Assembly (NCBI GenBank): GCA_963771155.1
Contig: CAVYSK010000007.1
Location: 249,404-313,403 of the forward strand
Length of the DNA: 64,000 nucleotides
Direction of reading: 5' to 3'
DNA from: an uncultured Chloroflexia bacterium
Lineage (GTDB): Bacteria > Chloroflexota > Limnocylindria > QHBO01
Positions 11,075 to 20,698 of the stretch are shown here, in pieces (the first letter of the stretch is position 1; the number at the start of each line of letters is the position of its first letter). The translations under genes were made by a program, and so were the position numbers. The notes under the pieces are model-generated. The model ran no database searches. It was given only the letters and a program-made list of their open reading frames with translations, and had not been told where the DNA came from.

Positions 11075-11623
11075 TCACGCCAGGTCGGCTACGGCGCGTT
11101 CGAAGAGGGCGTACGTCTCCTCGCTGAACAGGACGAACCGCGCGACCTCGATGCCCGTCTCGCCGTCCAGGTGGGCAGCCACCGTCGTCACCGCCACGCC
11201 GGCACCCTCGGCACCGGGATAGCCATAGATGCCCATGCTGATTGCCGGGAAGGCGACGGAGCGGGCCCCGAGCTCGTCCGCCAGCCGCAGGCTGGACCGA
11301 TACGCGCCGGCGAGCAGCTCCTCCTCGCCGTGTGAGCCACCACGCCACACCGGCCCGACGGCATGGAGCACCCAGCGCGCGGGCAGATCGTGGCCGCCGG
11401 TCGCGACGGCAGTCCCGGTCGCGGTGCCATCCGGGTAGCGCTCCCGCAGCTCGGCCAGGAGTCCCGACCCTGCCGCGCGGTGGATGGCGCCGTCGACGCC
11501 TCCGCCTCCGCGCAATGCCTCGTTGGCCGCGTTGGCGATCGCGTCCACCTGCGCGCGGGTGATGTCGCCGAGGACGAGCTCCAGGCGGCGGTCACCGCGG
11601 AGCGCAAGGGTCGTGCCGGTCAC
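11075..11623 (-). CDS. macro domain protein (O-acetyl-ADP-ribose deacetylase-like)
   Basis: 182 aa with DITRAQVDAIANAAN..LRGGGGVDGAIHRAAG..AFPAISMGIYGYP. Confidence 0.85.
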   Translation of the reverse strand: MTGTTLALRGDRRLELVLGDITRAQVDAIANAANEALRGGGGVDGAIHRAAGSGLLAELRERYPDGTATGTAVATGGHDLPARWVLHAVGPVWRGGSHGEEELLAGAYRSSLRLADELGARSVAFPAISMGIYGYPGAEGAGVAVTTVAAHLDGETGIEVARFVLFSEETYALFERAVADLA

Positions 11624-11650
11624 CCGCCCACGATAGCGGGCCGACGCGGC

Positions 11651-11878
11651 TCAGCCGGCTCGCCGTCGGGCGAGGAAGCCGCGCGCGTCGTCCATCACGC
11701 CCCACATCAGACCGATGCGGTCCTCGGCGGCGAGGAGCCGCTCGAGCAGGGCGCTCGCCTCGGCGAGGTCGCGCTCCACGCGCTCGCTGCGCATCGGGTC
11801 GGCGGGCGTGACGATCTCCAGCGGGGGACGCATGGGTGCATGCATGGCCATGGCGCAATGCTGTGCGCCGGAGATCAA
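11651..11878 (-). CDS. hypothetical small protein
   Basis: A 75-aa ORF with non-repetitive composition (RSERVERDLAEASALLERLLAAEDRIGLMWGVMDD). It has no recognisable domain and may be spurious. Confidence 0.25.
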   Translation of the reverse strand: MISGAQHCAMAMHAPMRPPLEIVTPADPMRSERVERDLAEASALLERLLAAEDRIGLMWGVMDDARGFLARRRAG

Positions 11879-11922
11879 GGGAACGTCAGGGCTACGTCAA
11901 CCTTCGCGGCCTGGCGGAGCGC

Positions 11923-13254
11923 TCAGCGCGCCATGCGCGTGGCGCGCAGGATCGTCCGCACCCCGACCCGCTGGCCGTACATCAGCACGCCGGCGCTGTA
12001 GATCCGCGCCGCGATCCAGATCGAGCCGGCCAGCGTGATTGCCAGGAGGACGAGGGCGATCATGATCTCCCACGCCTCGACGCTGCTGAGCAGCATCCGC
12101 GCCGGGATGAGGTAGGGGCTGAAGAACGGTACGAGCGACGCCAGTTTGACCCATGCGGCATCGGGGACGTTCATGGCGAAGAAAGAGACGAAGTAGCCGG
12201 CCATGGCCAGGTAGATGAGCGGGCCGACCGCCTGCTGGACGTCATCGACGCGGCTGACGAGCGATCCCGCCGCCGCATACAGGGTGGCGTACAGGACGAA
12301 GCCCAGCAGGAAGAACAGCGTGAAGGTCACAATCCACATCGGGTCGAGCTCTGGCAAGGTGAACGGCGGCGGGCCGTCCACGCCGAGCGCCCGGGAGATC
12401 GGTCCGTTGGCGACGAAGCCGATGACGACCGCCACGATCATGATGAAGTACTGCGTCAGACCCGCTGAGCTCGTTCCGAGCACCTTGCCGGTCAACAGCT
12501 GCCGCGGCGTCGCCGCGGTGATGAGGAGCTCCATCACGCGGTTCGACTTCTCCTCGGCCACGCTCTGCGCGACCCAGTTGCCGTACGTGAGGATCGCCAT
12601 GAACGTGAGGATGACCACGACGTAGGTGAGCAGGAGGGCGCCGCCGAAGTCGGCGTCTTCGAGTGGGTCATCCGGGTCGGACTCGACCGCGCTGAAGTCG
12701 GGGGGCGCGAAGATGCCTGCACGGTCGGCTTCCGACACACCCGCGCGCTCCAACCGATCGGCGATGGTCAGCGCGGCCGTGGCCTGGGTCACAAGGATGC
12801 GCGTCCGGTCGGTTGGGCTCGCGGCGGTGAGGTACTCGAACGCGAGGTCGCCATCGGCATTCCGCGTGATCGTCAGCAGCCCGTCGAGCTCCTCGCCGCG
12901 AACGTCCGCCGCCGCCGCATCCGGGTCGTCGGTCCGGGTTGCGCGCGTCTGGTCCTCGGCCGGCGCCGGTGCGGGCTGGTCGCCTCCCGTCACGGCTCCC
13001 GGATCGAACCCCGCGGCCAGGACGAGCTGGATGGCGGCTACCGGGTCGTCGCCGAGGTCGTCCGCGTCGACGTAGATCGCGATCTCGGCTGGCTCCCCGA
13101 CGCCCACGGCCCCGAGCACGGTGGGGAGCATGGTGATCGCGGCGACGGCGACGGCCAGCAGGGCCGTGGTGATGATGAACGTGCGGCCGCGCACGCGGAA
13201 CAGGAACTCGCGTCGGGCCACGTGGAGGGCATTGGGGAAGAGCCCGGTGTTCAC
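11923..13254 (-). CDS. ABC-2 family transporter permease (NatB-like, large extracytoplasmic loop)
   Basis: 443 aa with an N-terminal TM segment, a long acidic loop, then five TM segments (ITAATPRQLLTGKVLG..). Confidence 0.75.
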   Translation of the reverse strand: MNTGLFPNALHVARREFLFRVRGRTFIITTALLAVAVAAITMLPTVLGAVGVGEPAEIAIYVDADDLGDDPVAAIQLVLAAGFDPGAVTGGDQPAPAPAEDQTRATRTDDPDAAAADVRGEELDGLLTITRNADGDLAFEYLTAASPTDRTRILVTQATAALTIADRLERAGVSEADRAGIFAPPDFSAVESDPDDPLEDADFGGALLLTYVVVILTFMAILTYGNWVAQSVAEEKSNRVMELLITAATPRQLLTGKVLGTSSAGLTQYFIMIVAVVIGFVANGPISRALGVDGPPPFTLPELDPMWIVTFTLFFLLGFVLYATLYAAAGSLVSRVDDVQQAVGPLIYLAMAGYFVSFFAMNVPDAAWVKLASLVPFFSPYLIPARMLLSSVEAWEIMIALVLLAITLAGSIWIAARIYSAGVLMYGQRVGVRTILRATRMAR

Positions 13255-14237
13255 CGCTGGCCTCCGGCACCCGCTGGTTCGGCGCTCGCCTCGCTCCCGG
13301 TGCGCGCGAGGTGCTCCTCCTCCTCGTCGACCGCGCGGCGGCCCACGTACTCGACGAAGATCTCCTCCAGGCTCGGGTCGCTGATCTCGAAGCGCGTGAC
13401 CCGCTCCCCGCGGTCGAGCGCCGCGCGCAGGATCGTCTCCGGATCGCGATCGGCGGGAACGTTGAGCTCGACGTAGTCGGCTCGCTCGGCAGCCACCGTC
13501 ACGCCGGGCAGGTCGGACAGCCAGGACGCCACGCGGCCGTCACTGTCGGTGGCGAGCCGCACGACCTGACGGTTCATGCTCCGCTTCACGTCGCGCACGG
13601 CGCCACTGATCACGACCCGGCCGCGGTCGACGATCGCGATCGACTCGCAAAGCTCCTCGACGGTCTCCATCTGGTGCGTGCTGAAGATCAGGGTCTTGCC
13701 CCGCTCACGCATCTCCAGAAACGCCTCTTTCAGGAGGCGCACGTTGACCGGGTCCAGGCCCGTGAACGGCTCGTCCATGATCAGCACATCGGGGTCGTGG
13801 AGGATGGAGGCGATGAACTGGATCTTCTGCTGGTTGCCCTTTGAGAGCTCCTCGACCTTGCGCTCGAGGTAGTCGGGGATCCGGAAGCGGTCCAGCCAGT
13901 CGGTGATCTCGCGCTGGGCGTCCGCGTCCGGAACGCCATACAGCGCGGCGAAGAAGCGGAGTTGCTCGCCGACCTTCATGCGCGGATACAGGCCGCGCTC
14001 CTCGGGCAGGTAGCCCCACGTGCGCCGTGGCAACGCGGTGTTCTCGCTGCCCTGCCACGTGACGCGTCCCTCGTCCGCGCGAAGGATGTCGAGGACGATC
14101 CGCATGCTCGTCGTCTTGCCGGCGCCGTTCGCCCCCAGCAGCCCGAAGATCCGTCCCGGCTCGACGGTAAAGCTCGCGCCGTCGAGCGCGAGGACGTCGC
14201 CGAACCGCTTGGTGATGGAGTCGACCACGAGTGACAT
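13251..14237 (-). CDS. ABC transporter ATP-binding protein (NatA-like)
   Basis: GANGAGKTTSMRI, LSKGNQQKIQF, LIMDEPFTGLDP. The start is the internal M (MSLVVDSITK) of track ORF 13251..14267. The stop overlaps the permease start. Confidence 0.85.
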   Translation of the reverse strand: MSLVVDSITKRFGDVLALDGASFTVEPGRIFGLLGANGAGKTTSMRIVLDILRADEGRVTWQGSENTALPRRTWGYLPEERGLYPRMKVGEQLRFFAALYGVPDADAQREITDWLDRFRIPDYLERKVEELSKGNQQKIQFIASILHDPDVLIMDEPFTGLDPVNVRLLKEAFLEMRERGKTLIFSTHQMETVEELCESIAIVDRGRVVISGAVRDVKRSMNRQVVRLATDSDGRVASWLSDLPGVTVAAERADYVELNVPADRDPETILRAALDRGERVTRFEISDPSLEEIFVEYVGRRAVDEEEEHLARTGSEASAEPAGAGGQR

Positions 14238-14405
14238 CGGTGTGCTCAAGCCTAGCCGATGCGCCACGCGCCGGCCCCGGGCCGGCCCTCCCGCGGCCCC
14301 ACGCTCCGGTCCCTGCTACACTTCGAATCCCGAACCGCCACGCGCCTGCATCAGAGCTGCGGCGGTTCGTTCGTGAATCGCCCACCCGAAGAGAACCGCA
14401 CCCTG

Positions 14406-15629
14406 ATGAAGATCGCCGTCCCGCGCGAGACCGCCGAAGGCGAGACGCGTGTCGCCCTCACGCCGCAGATCGCCGGCCAGCTGGTCGGCGATGGAGCGGA
14501 GGTGCTGGTCCAGTCCGGTGCCGGCGACGCCTCCGGCAACCTCGACGAGGCGTACCGGGAGGCCGGGGCCACGATCGTCCCCGATGCGGCCGCGCTCTAC
14601 AGCCAGGCCGACATGGTCCTCCGCGTCGGACGCCCCTCCGAGGAGGAGGTGGAGATGCTGCGCGACGGGACGATCCTGATCGGCACCCTGGGCACCCTGG
14701 CCCGTCCGGAGTTTGCGCAGACGCTCGCCACGCGGGGTGTGACCGCCATCAGCATGGACGCCATTCCGCGCATCACGCGCGCGCAGTCGATGGACACGCT
14801 ATCCAGCCAGGCCACGGTCGGCGGGTACAAGGCGGTCCTGATCGCCGCCGAGCGGCTGCCGAAGTTCTTCCCGCTGCTGACGACCGCGGCCGGCACGATC
14901 CGCCCCGCGCGCGGCATCGTCATGGGTGCCGGGGTCGCCGGCCTCATGGCCATCGGCACGGCCCGCCGGCTCGGCGCGGTGGTTGAGGCCACCGACGTGC
15001 GCCCCGTTGTGAAGGAACAGGTCGAGAGCCTGGGCGGCACCTTCATCGAAGTCGAGATGACCGATGAGGAGAAGGCGCAGGCCGAGACCGCCGGCGGCTA
15101 TGCCCGCGAGATGAGCGACGACTACAAGCGCCGCCAGGCCGAGCTGATCGCCGAGCGTGTGAAGGAGGCCGACTTCATCGTCACCACCGCCCTGATCCCG
15201 GGCCGCCCCGCCCCGAAGCTCGTAACCGACGAGATGCTGCGCTCGATGAAGCCGGGGAGCGTCATCGTGGACATGGCGGCGGAGATGGGCGGGAACGTCG
15301 AGGGCACCGAGGCGGGCAAGGAGGTCGTCAAGCACGGCGTCCTGCTCGTCGGGCACACGAACCTACCGGCCACTATGCCCGGCTCCGCGACCCAGATGTA
15401 CGCGAAGAACCTGCAGACCCTGATCAACCACCTCATGGCCGAGGGGAAGGTCGAGCTGAACTTCGACGACGAGATCACGAGGGGCGCGACGATCACCCAT
15501 GCCGGCAAGGTCGTCCACGAGGCGACCGCCAAGGCGCTCGGCCTGGAGGTCGAGCCCCCACCTGCCAAGCTCGCGACCGACGCGCCCGAGGCGGCGTCAC
15601 CTGCCCAACCATCCACGAAGGACGCCTGA
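14406..15629 (+). CDS. pntAA: NAD(P) transhydrogenase subunit alpha part 1 (PntAA)
   Basis: MKIAVPRETAEGETRVALTP...GAGVAGLMAIGTARRLGA. Track ORF 14259..15629 with the start at residue 50. Confidence 0.9.
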   Translation: MKIAVPRETAEGETRVALTPQIAGQLVGDGAEVLVQSGAGDASGNLDEAYREAGATIVPDAAALYSQADMVLRVGRPSEEEVEMLRDGTILIGTLGTLARPEFAQTLATRGVTAISMDAIPRITRAQSMDTLSSQATVGGYKAVLIAAERLPKFFPLLTTAAGTIRPARGIVMGAGVAGLMAIGTARRLGAVVEATDVRPVVKEQVESLGGTFIEVEMTDEEKAQAETAGGYAREMSDDYKRRQAELIAERVKEADFIVTTALIPGRPAPKLVTDEMLRSMKPGSVIVDMAAEMGGNVEGTEAGKEVVKHGVLLVGHTNLPATMPGSATQMYAKNLQTLINHLMAEGKVELNFDDEITRGATITHAGKVVHEATAKALGLEVEPPPAKLATDAPEAASPAQPSTKDA

Positions 15630-15633
15630 ACCG

Positions 15634-15939
15634 ATGGAGCTCACTGCCTTCGAGCTGCTGTCGGCGCTCTTCATCCTCGTCCTCGCCGCCTTCGTGGGCT
15701 ACGAGGTCGTCTCGAAGGTGCCGACCATGCTCCACACGCCGCTGATGAGCGGCGCGAATGCCGTTCACGGCGTCATCGTCGTGGGCGCCATGCTGGTCGC
15801 CGCCACGGCGGACACCCCGATCGCCATCGGCCTGGCCTTCCTGGCCGTGATCCTCGGCACGATCAACGTGGTCGGCGGCTTCACGGTGACCGACCGGATG
15901 CTCGAGATGTTCAAGGGCCGGGGTGGGGACCGCCGCTAG
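15634..15939 (+). CDS. pntAB: NAD(P) transhydrogenase subunit alpha part 2 (PntAB), membrane
   Basis: A 102-aa protein with three TM segments (MELTAFELLSALFILVL...) lying between pntAA and pntB. Confidence 0.85.
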   Translation: MELTAFELLSALFILVLAAFVGYEVVSKVPTMLHTPLMSGANAVHGVIVVGAMLVAATADTPIAIGLAFLAVILGTINVVGGFTVTDRMLEMFKGRGGDRR

Positions 15940-17343
15940 ATGGACGCCCTCGAGATCCTGACCTACCTCGTCTGGCTGGTCGCCAGCGTCACCTTCATCC
16001 TCGCCCTCAAGTTCCTCGCCAGCCCGAAGACGGCGCGCACCGGCAACCTGCTCGGCGCCGCCGGCATGGCGCTCGTCGTGGCGTGGACCTTCTTCACGAC
16101 CGAGGGCATGCTCGCCAACTGGTGGATCGTCGTCGTCGGCGGTCTCATCGGCTCCGTGGCCGGCTGGCTGGGCGCCAAGCGGGTGGCGATGACCGCCATG
16201 CCCCAGATGGTCGCCATCTTCAACGGCGCCGGCGGTGGTGCGGCGGCGCTCGTCGCGGTCGTCGAGTTCACCCGTGACGTCCAGCTGCATCCCGGCGAGC
16301 TTCTGCCGCTGGCCTTCGTCATCGCCACGCTGCTCGGTGCCGTGATCGGCTCCGTGTCGCTGACGGGCTCGGTCGTGGCGTGGGGCAAGCTCCAGGGCGT
16401 GATCGCCGCGCGGCCGGTGAAGTACCCCGGCTCGCAGCTGGTGACGGCGGCGCTCGCGCTGGCGCTCGTCGCCATCGGCGTGTACCTGACCGCGGTCGAG
16501 CCGTCGACCCCGCTGTTCCTCCTCTTCGTCGGGCTATCGCTCGTGCTCGGCGTGCAGCTCGTCATGCCGATCGGCGGCGCCGACATGCCGGTCGTCGTGT
16601 CACTGCTCAACAGCTACACCGGCATCGCAGTGGCGGCGACGGGGTTCGTCCTCAGCAACTACGCGCTGCTGATCGCCGGCACGCTCGTCGGTGCCTCCGG
16701 CGCGATCCTCACCCAGCTGATGTGCAAGGCGATGAACCGCTCGCTGTTCAACGTCCTGTTCGCCGGCTTCGGTACCGGTGGCGGTGCGGTCGCGGCCGGC
16801 GAGGAGGGCGAGGAGCAGCTGCGCGAGACGAACGCCGAGGACGCCGCGGTGCTCATGGCCTATGGCAAGCGCGTGATCATCGTGCCGGGTTACGGGATGG
16901 CGGTCGCGCAGGCGCAGGGTCCGGTGCGGGAGCTCATGGACCTGCTCGTCGCGAAGGGCGTCGACGTGCAGTTCGCCATCCACCCGGTGGCGGGCCGCAT
17001 GCCGGGGCACATGAACGTCCTGCTGGCCGAGGCGAACGTGCCGTACGACCGCCTCAAGGAGATGGACGAGATCAACGACGACTTCGCCGATACCGACGTC
17101 GCCCTCGTCATCGGCGCCAACGATGTGGTGAACCCGGTCGCCCGGGAGGAGGGCTCGCCGATCAGCGGCATGCCGATCCTCAACGTGGACGCCGCGCAGA
17201 ACATCATCGTCCTGAAGCGCGGCCGCGGTGCCGGGTTCGCCGGCATCCCGAACCCGCTGTTCAGCAACGAGAAGACGAAGATGCTGTTCGGCAACGCCAA
17301 GGAGACGGTCGAGTCCCTCGTCCAGGGCGTCAAGCAGGCGTAA
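15940..17343 (+). CDS. pntB: NAD(P) transhydrogenase subunit beta (PntB)
   Basis: 467 aa, a membrane N-terminus plus GYGMAVAQAQ...VIGANDVVNP. Its start overlaps the pntAB stop. Confidence 0.9.
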   Translation: MDALEILTYLVWLVASVTFILALKFLASPKTARTGNLLGAAGMALVVAWTFFTTEGMLANWWIVVVGGLIGSVAGWLGAKRVAMTAMPQMVAIFNGAGGGAAALVAVVEFTRDVQLHPGELLPLAFVIATLLGAVIGSVSLTGSVVAWGKLQGVIAARPVKYPGSQLVTAALALALVAIGVYLTAVEPSTPLFLLFVGLSLVLGVQLVMPIGGADMPVVVSLLNSYTGIAVAATGFVLSNYALLIAGTLVGASGAILTQLMCKAMNRSLFNVLFAGFGTGGGAVAAGEEGEEQLRETNAEDAAVLMAYGKRVIIVPGYGMAVAQAQGPVRELMDLLVAKGVDVQFAIHPVAGRMPGHMNVLLAEANVPYDRLKEMDEINDDFADTDVALVIGANDVVNPVAREEGSPISGMPILNVDAAQNIIVLKRGRGAGFAGIPNPLFSNEKTKMLFGNAKETVESLVQGVKQA

Positions 17344-17363
17344 GAGGCCAGCGGGCGTAACAT

Positions 17364-17395
17364 TCGTCACCCCCGAGCTCCACAGAGGTGACGAA
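17364..17395 (+). terminator. 9-bp perfect inverted repeat (TTCGTCACC..14 nt..GGTGACGAA) between pntB and the next gene; a terminator or RBS-sequestering hairpin
   Basis: Seen directly. The 3' arm covers the GAGG Shine-Dalgarno and GTG of the downstream ORF, and there is no U-tract. Confidence 0.3.
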
Positions 17396-17396
17396 C

Positions 17397-17987
17397 ATGC
17401 CTGAGCTCACGGACTCACTCACCCAGCTGCTGGACGGCCAGGCCGACCAGATCGGCCGGCGCATCGGCGCCGATCCGGACCGCACCCGCAGCGCGATCGA
17501 CGCCGCGGTGCCGACCCTGCTGGCCGCGCTGAGTGCCGAGGCCGACCAGCCGGGGCTGCGCACGGCGATCCGGAAGGACCACGACGGTGCCATCCTCGAC
17601 CAGCTGTCCGCCTACCTGGACGGATCGGCTCAGCTCGACCCGCGGACGACGAACGGCGCGGGAATCCTCGACCACGTCCTCGGCGACCGGCAGCCGGAGG
17701 TGGCGCAGGCGCTGAGTGCCAAGAGCGGCCTCGACCTCGGCAGCATCATGAAGCTCCTTCCCCTGCTTGCGCCGATCCTGATGGGAATGATCGGCAAGAA
17801 GAGCGACGCGACGCCCGGCGGCGGCTTCAGCCTGGACGATCTGGGGAGCATCCTCGGCCAGGAGCGCGACTCGACGAAGGGCAGCAACCCCGACATCGGG
17901 GACCTGCTGGACAGCATCTCAGGCGGCAGCGGCGGTGGGCTGGGCGGCATGCTGGACTCGGTCATGGGTGACAGCAAGAATCGCTGA
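17397..17987 (+). CDS. DUF937-like Gly-rich protein
   Basis: MPELTDSLTQLLDGQADQIG...LGSILGQ..GGSGGGLGGMLDSVMG, a repeated G/L-rich pattern typical of DUF937. Confidence 0.5.
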   Translation: MPELTDSLTQLLDGQADQIGRRIGADPDRTRSAIDAAVPTLLAALSAEADQPGLRTAIRKDHDGAILDQLSAYLDGSAQLDPRTTNGAGILDHVLGDRQPEVAQALSAKSGLDLGSIMKLLPLLAPILMGMIGKKSDATPGGGFSLDDLGSILGQERDSTKGSNPDIGDLLDSISGGSGGGLGGMLDSVMGDSKNR

Positions 17988-18183
17988 GCGGTGCCCGCCG
18001 TCACCGCCATGTTGACCTGCCCATGATGCCCTGATGACTCCCACCCGACGCCGAGGTGTAGGCTAGTCACCTGACTCCTCCGGCCGTCCGCGCGGGCAGA
18101 CTTCGCGGCCGGCCGCCCGCGCCGCGAAGGTCGTGCCCCGAGCGCGCGATCCGTCGCGGACGTCGACGATATCGGTCCTTCGC

Positions 18184-19974
18184 ATGGAGATCCAGATCTC
18201 GATGACCCCCTCCGTACGACGGCGCAGCGCGGCACTTCTCGCCGCCTTCATGCTCGCCATTGCCCTGGTTGTGCCGGCCGCCGCGAAGCGACCGGACAAC
18301 CCGCGGGGCCTGCTGGTGCAGGTCCAGCTGCTTGGCTTCAATGACTATCACGGCCATCTCGCCCCAGATACCCCCGGCACCGTCGGGACGACCCCCGCCG
18401 GAGGCGCCGAGTTCCTTGCGACCCACCTGGCCAACCTGCGAGCGGGCAACAAGCACTCGCTCACCGTCGCGGCCGGTGACCTGATCGGCGGGACGCCGTT
18501 CCTGTCGGGCCTCTTCCGCGACGAGCCCTCCGTCGAGTCGCTCAACGCGCTCGGCCTCGACGTGTCGAGCGTAGGGAACCACGAGTTCGACGATGGCGTG
18601 ACGGAGCTGCTGCGCATGCAGCTCGGCGGATGCCATCCGGGCGACGGCTGCTACTTCCCCGCCCAGCCGTACGCCGGCGCGGACTTCCAGTGGTTGGCCG
18701 CCAACGTCGTCAACTCGACGACCGGCGAGACTGTCCTCCCTCCGTACTGGATCCAGGAGTTCGAGGAACAGAAGATCGGCTTCATCGGCATGACCCTCGA
18801 GGACACGCCGACCCTGGTGGCGCAGGCCGGAATCCAGGGCTACGACTTCCTCGACGAGGTCACGACCGCGAACGCGCTGGTGCCGATTCTGAAGGCGCAG
18901 GGCGTCGAAGCGATCGTCGTGCTGCTCCACGAGGGAGGCACGCCAAGCTCGATCACCGACATCAATGGTTGCGCCGGGATCTCCGGACCGATCGTGGGCA
19001 TCCAGGCCGGCCTCGATCCCGAGATCGACGCCATGGTCACCGGGCATACCCACCTGCCGTACAACTGCGTCATGACCGACCCGGCCGGGCAGCCGCGGCG
19101 GGTGACAAGTGCCTTCTCGTTCGGGCGGGTGATCTCGGAGATCAACCTCGTCATCGACAAGCGGACCCACGACGTGCGCCGCGACCTGGTCACGGCGACG
19201 AACCATCTCGTCACCCAGACCGTCGCCAAGGATCCCGCCCAGACCGCCGTCCTTGCCAAGTGGGGACCGCTCGCCGCGATCGTCGGCAACGAGCCGGTCG
19301 GCGAGATCACCGGTGACATCGCGCGCGGGGGCGGCTCGGCCGACAATCGCGCCATCGAGTCCAACCTCGGCAACACGGTCGCGGACGCCCAGCTGTTCGC
19401 GACGCAGATTAACGGGGCGCAGATCGCCCTGATGAACCCGGGTGGGCTCCGGAACGACCTGCTCTACCTGTCGTCGTCGGTCGGCGAGGGAGACGGGGTG
19501 GTGACGTACGCCGAGGCGTTCAACGTGCAGCCGTTCGGCAACCTGCTGACGACCATCCCGATGACCGGTGCGCAGATCAAGGGTGTCCTCGAGGAGCAGT
19601 GCCAGCCGGTCGGGGTCAGCCGTCCGTTCCTCCACATGGGCGTCTCGGAAGGCGTGACGTACGACCTGACGAAGACGTTGGAGATGGTGCTGAATCCCCG
19701 AACGCCAGACCCGACGGACCTCATCCTGGCGTGCACGAGCATCACGGTCACGAACCTTGAGCTCAACGGTGTGCCGATCGAGGATGGGACGACGTACTTC
19801 GTCACCGCCAACAACTTCCTGATCGACGGTGGCGACAACTTCGTCACCTTCCGGGAAATCCCCGCGACCGAGCGCGTCGGCGCCGGGATCGACCTCGACG
19901 CGTTGATCGCCTACCTCGGCGAGGAGGGGCCGATCGCCCCGCCCGGCACCGATCGGGTGAACGAGCTCCCATAA
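18184..19974 (+). CDS. secreted bifunctional metallophosphatase/5'-nucleotidase (UshA-like)
   Basis: Signal peptide MEIQISMTPSVRRRSAALLAAFMLAIALVVPAAA. GFNDYHGHL, GNHEFDDG, VVLLHEGG and GHTHLPYN metallophosphatase motifs, plus a C-terminal 5'-nucleotidase domain. Confidence 0.85.
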   Translation: MEIQISMTPSVRRRSAALLAAFMLAIALVVPAAAKRPDNPRGLLVQVQLLGFNDYHGHLAPDTPGTVGTTPAGGAEFLATHLANLRAGNKHSLTVAAGDLIGGTPFLSGLFRDEPSVESLNALGLDVSSVGNHEFDDGVTELLRMQLGGCHPGDGCYFPAQPYAGADFQWLAANVVNSTTGETVLPPYWIQEFEEQKIGFIGMTLEDTPTLVAQAGIQGYDFLDEVTTANALVPILKAQGVEAIVVLLHEGGTPSSITDINGCAGISGPIVGIQAGLDPEIDAMVTGHTHLPYNCVMTDPAGQPRRVTSAFSFGRVISEINLVIDKRTHDVRRDLVTATNHLVTQTVAKDPAQTAVLAKWGPLAAIVGNEPVGEITGDIARGGGSADNRAIESNLGNTVADAQLFATQINGAQIALMNPGGLRNDLLYLSSSVGEGDGVVTYAEAFNVQPFGNLLTTIPMTGAQIKGVLEEQCQPVGVSRPFLHMGVSEGVTYDLTKTLEMVLNPRTPDPTDLILACTSITVTNLELNGVPIEDGTTYFVTANNFLIDGGDNFVTFREIPATERVGAGIDLDALIAYLGEEGPIAPPGTDRVNELP

Positions 19975-20000
19975 GCCATCCCGAACGTTCGGCAGCAGCA

Positions 20001-20035
20001 GGCCCGTCGAGTCCGCTCGGCGGGCCTCTTGCCGT
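20001..20035 (+). terminator. intrinsic terminator hairpin after the 5'-nucleotidase gene
   Basis: GGCCCGTCGAG-tccg-CTCGGCGGGCC (11-bp stem with one G:U pair) followed by TCTTGCCGT. Confidence 0.5.
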
Positions 20036-20049
20036 ACTAGCATCGGTCC

Positions 20050-20698
20050 ATGAGCAGCGACCGTTGGGTTTGCCTCGACGTCGGCGAGACCCTCATCGAC
20101 GAGACCCGCGTCTGGTCGACGTGGGCCGATGAGCTCGGCGTCCCGCGGCTGACCTTCCTCGCGGCGCTCGGCGCGGTCATCGCACGGGGAGGCGAGCACC
20201 GCGACGTGTTCCCGATCTTCGGGGCCGATGACTGGCAGCTCCGGATGCCTGCCGTCGAGGCCAGCTACGGCGGCTTCGCCGCCGAGGACCTCTATCCCGA
20301 TGCCGCCCGCGCCATCGATGACCTGCGCGCAGCCGGCTACCGGATCGCGATCGTGGCCAACCAGCCGGCGGTGCGGAGCGACGAGCTCCGGGCCATCGGC
20401 GTCGACGCAGAGGTGCTGGCCATGAGCGAGACGCTGGGCGTGGCCAAGCCGGATCCCGACTTCTTCGCTCGCACCCTCGAGCTGATGGGCGCGCCGGACC
20501 CGCCGTCGGTCGCGTACGTCGGCGACCGCGTCGACAACGACGTCCAGCCCGCCATCGCGGCGGGGATGCGCGCGGTCTGGATCCGGCGCGGGCCGTGGGG
20601 CGTCATCCAGCGGCTGCCGGAAGGGACGACGCCCGCCCTGGTGGTCGACAGCCTCCACGAGCTCGTCGACCCGCGTCGGCGAGGCGTGGGCGTAGCGC
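20050..20698 (+). CDS. HAD family hydrolase
   Basis: MSSDRWVCLDVGETLID (DxG motif I)...IAIVANQ...VAYVGDRVDNDV (motif IV). The 3' end is uncertain, because the track ORF reads through antisense to the kef-like gene. Confidence 0.65.

Noticed and set aside
11188-11607. An alternative-frame 139-aa ORF overlapping the macro domain gene, and ORF 67..546 overlapping the oxidoreductase.
   Set aside because: Their composition is Arg/Ser/Pro-rich with no domain signal, while the co-located frames encode clearly conserved proteins.
19981-19992. The perfect 12-bp palindrome CCGAACGTTCGG, which resembles the actinobacterial LexA/Cheo box (GAAC-N4-GTTC).
   Set aside because: The spacing is N0 rather than N4, and it sits immediately 3' of a stop codon next to a terminator hairpin, not in a promoter. 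It is more likely part of the terminator region.
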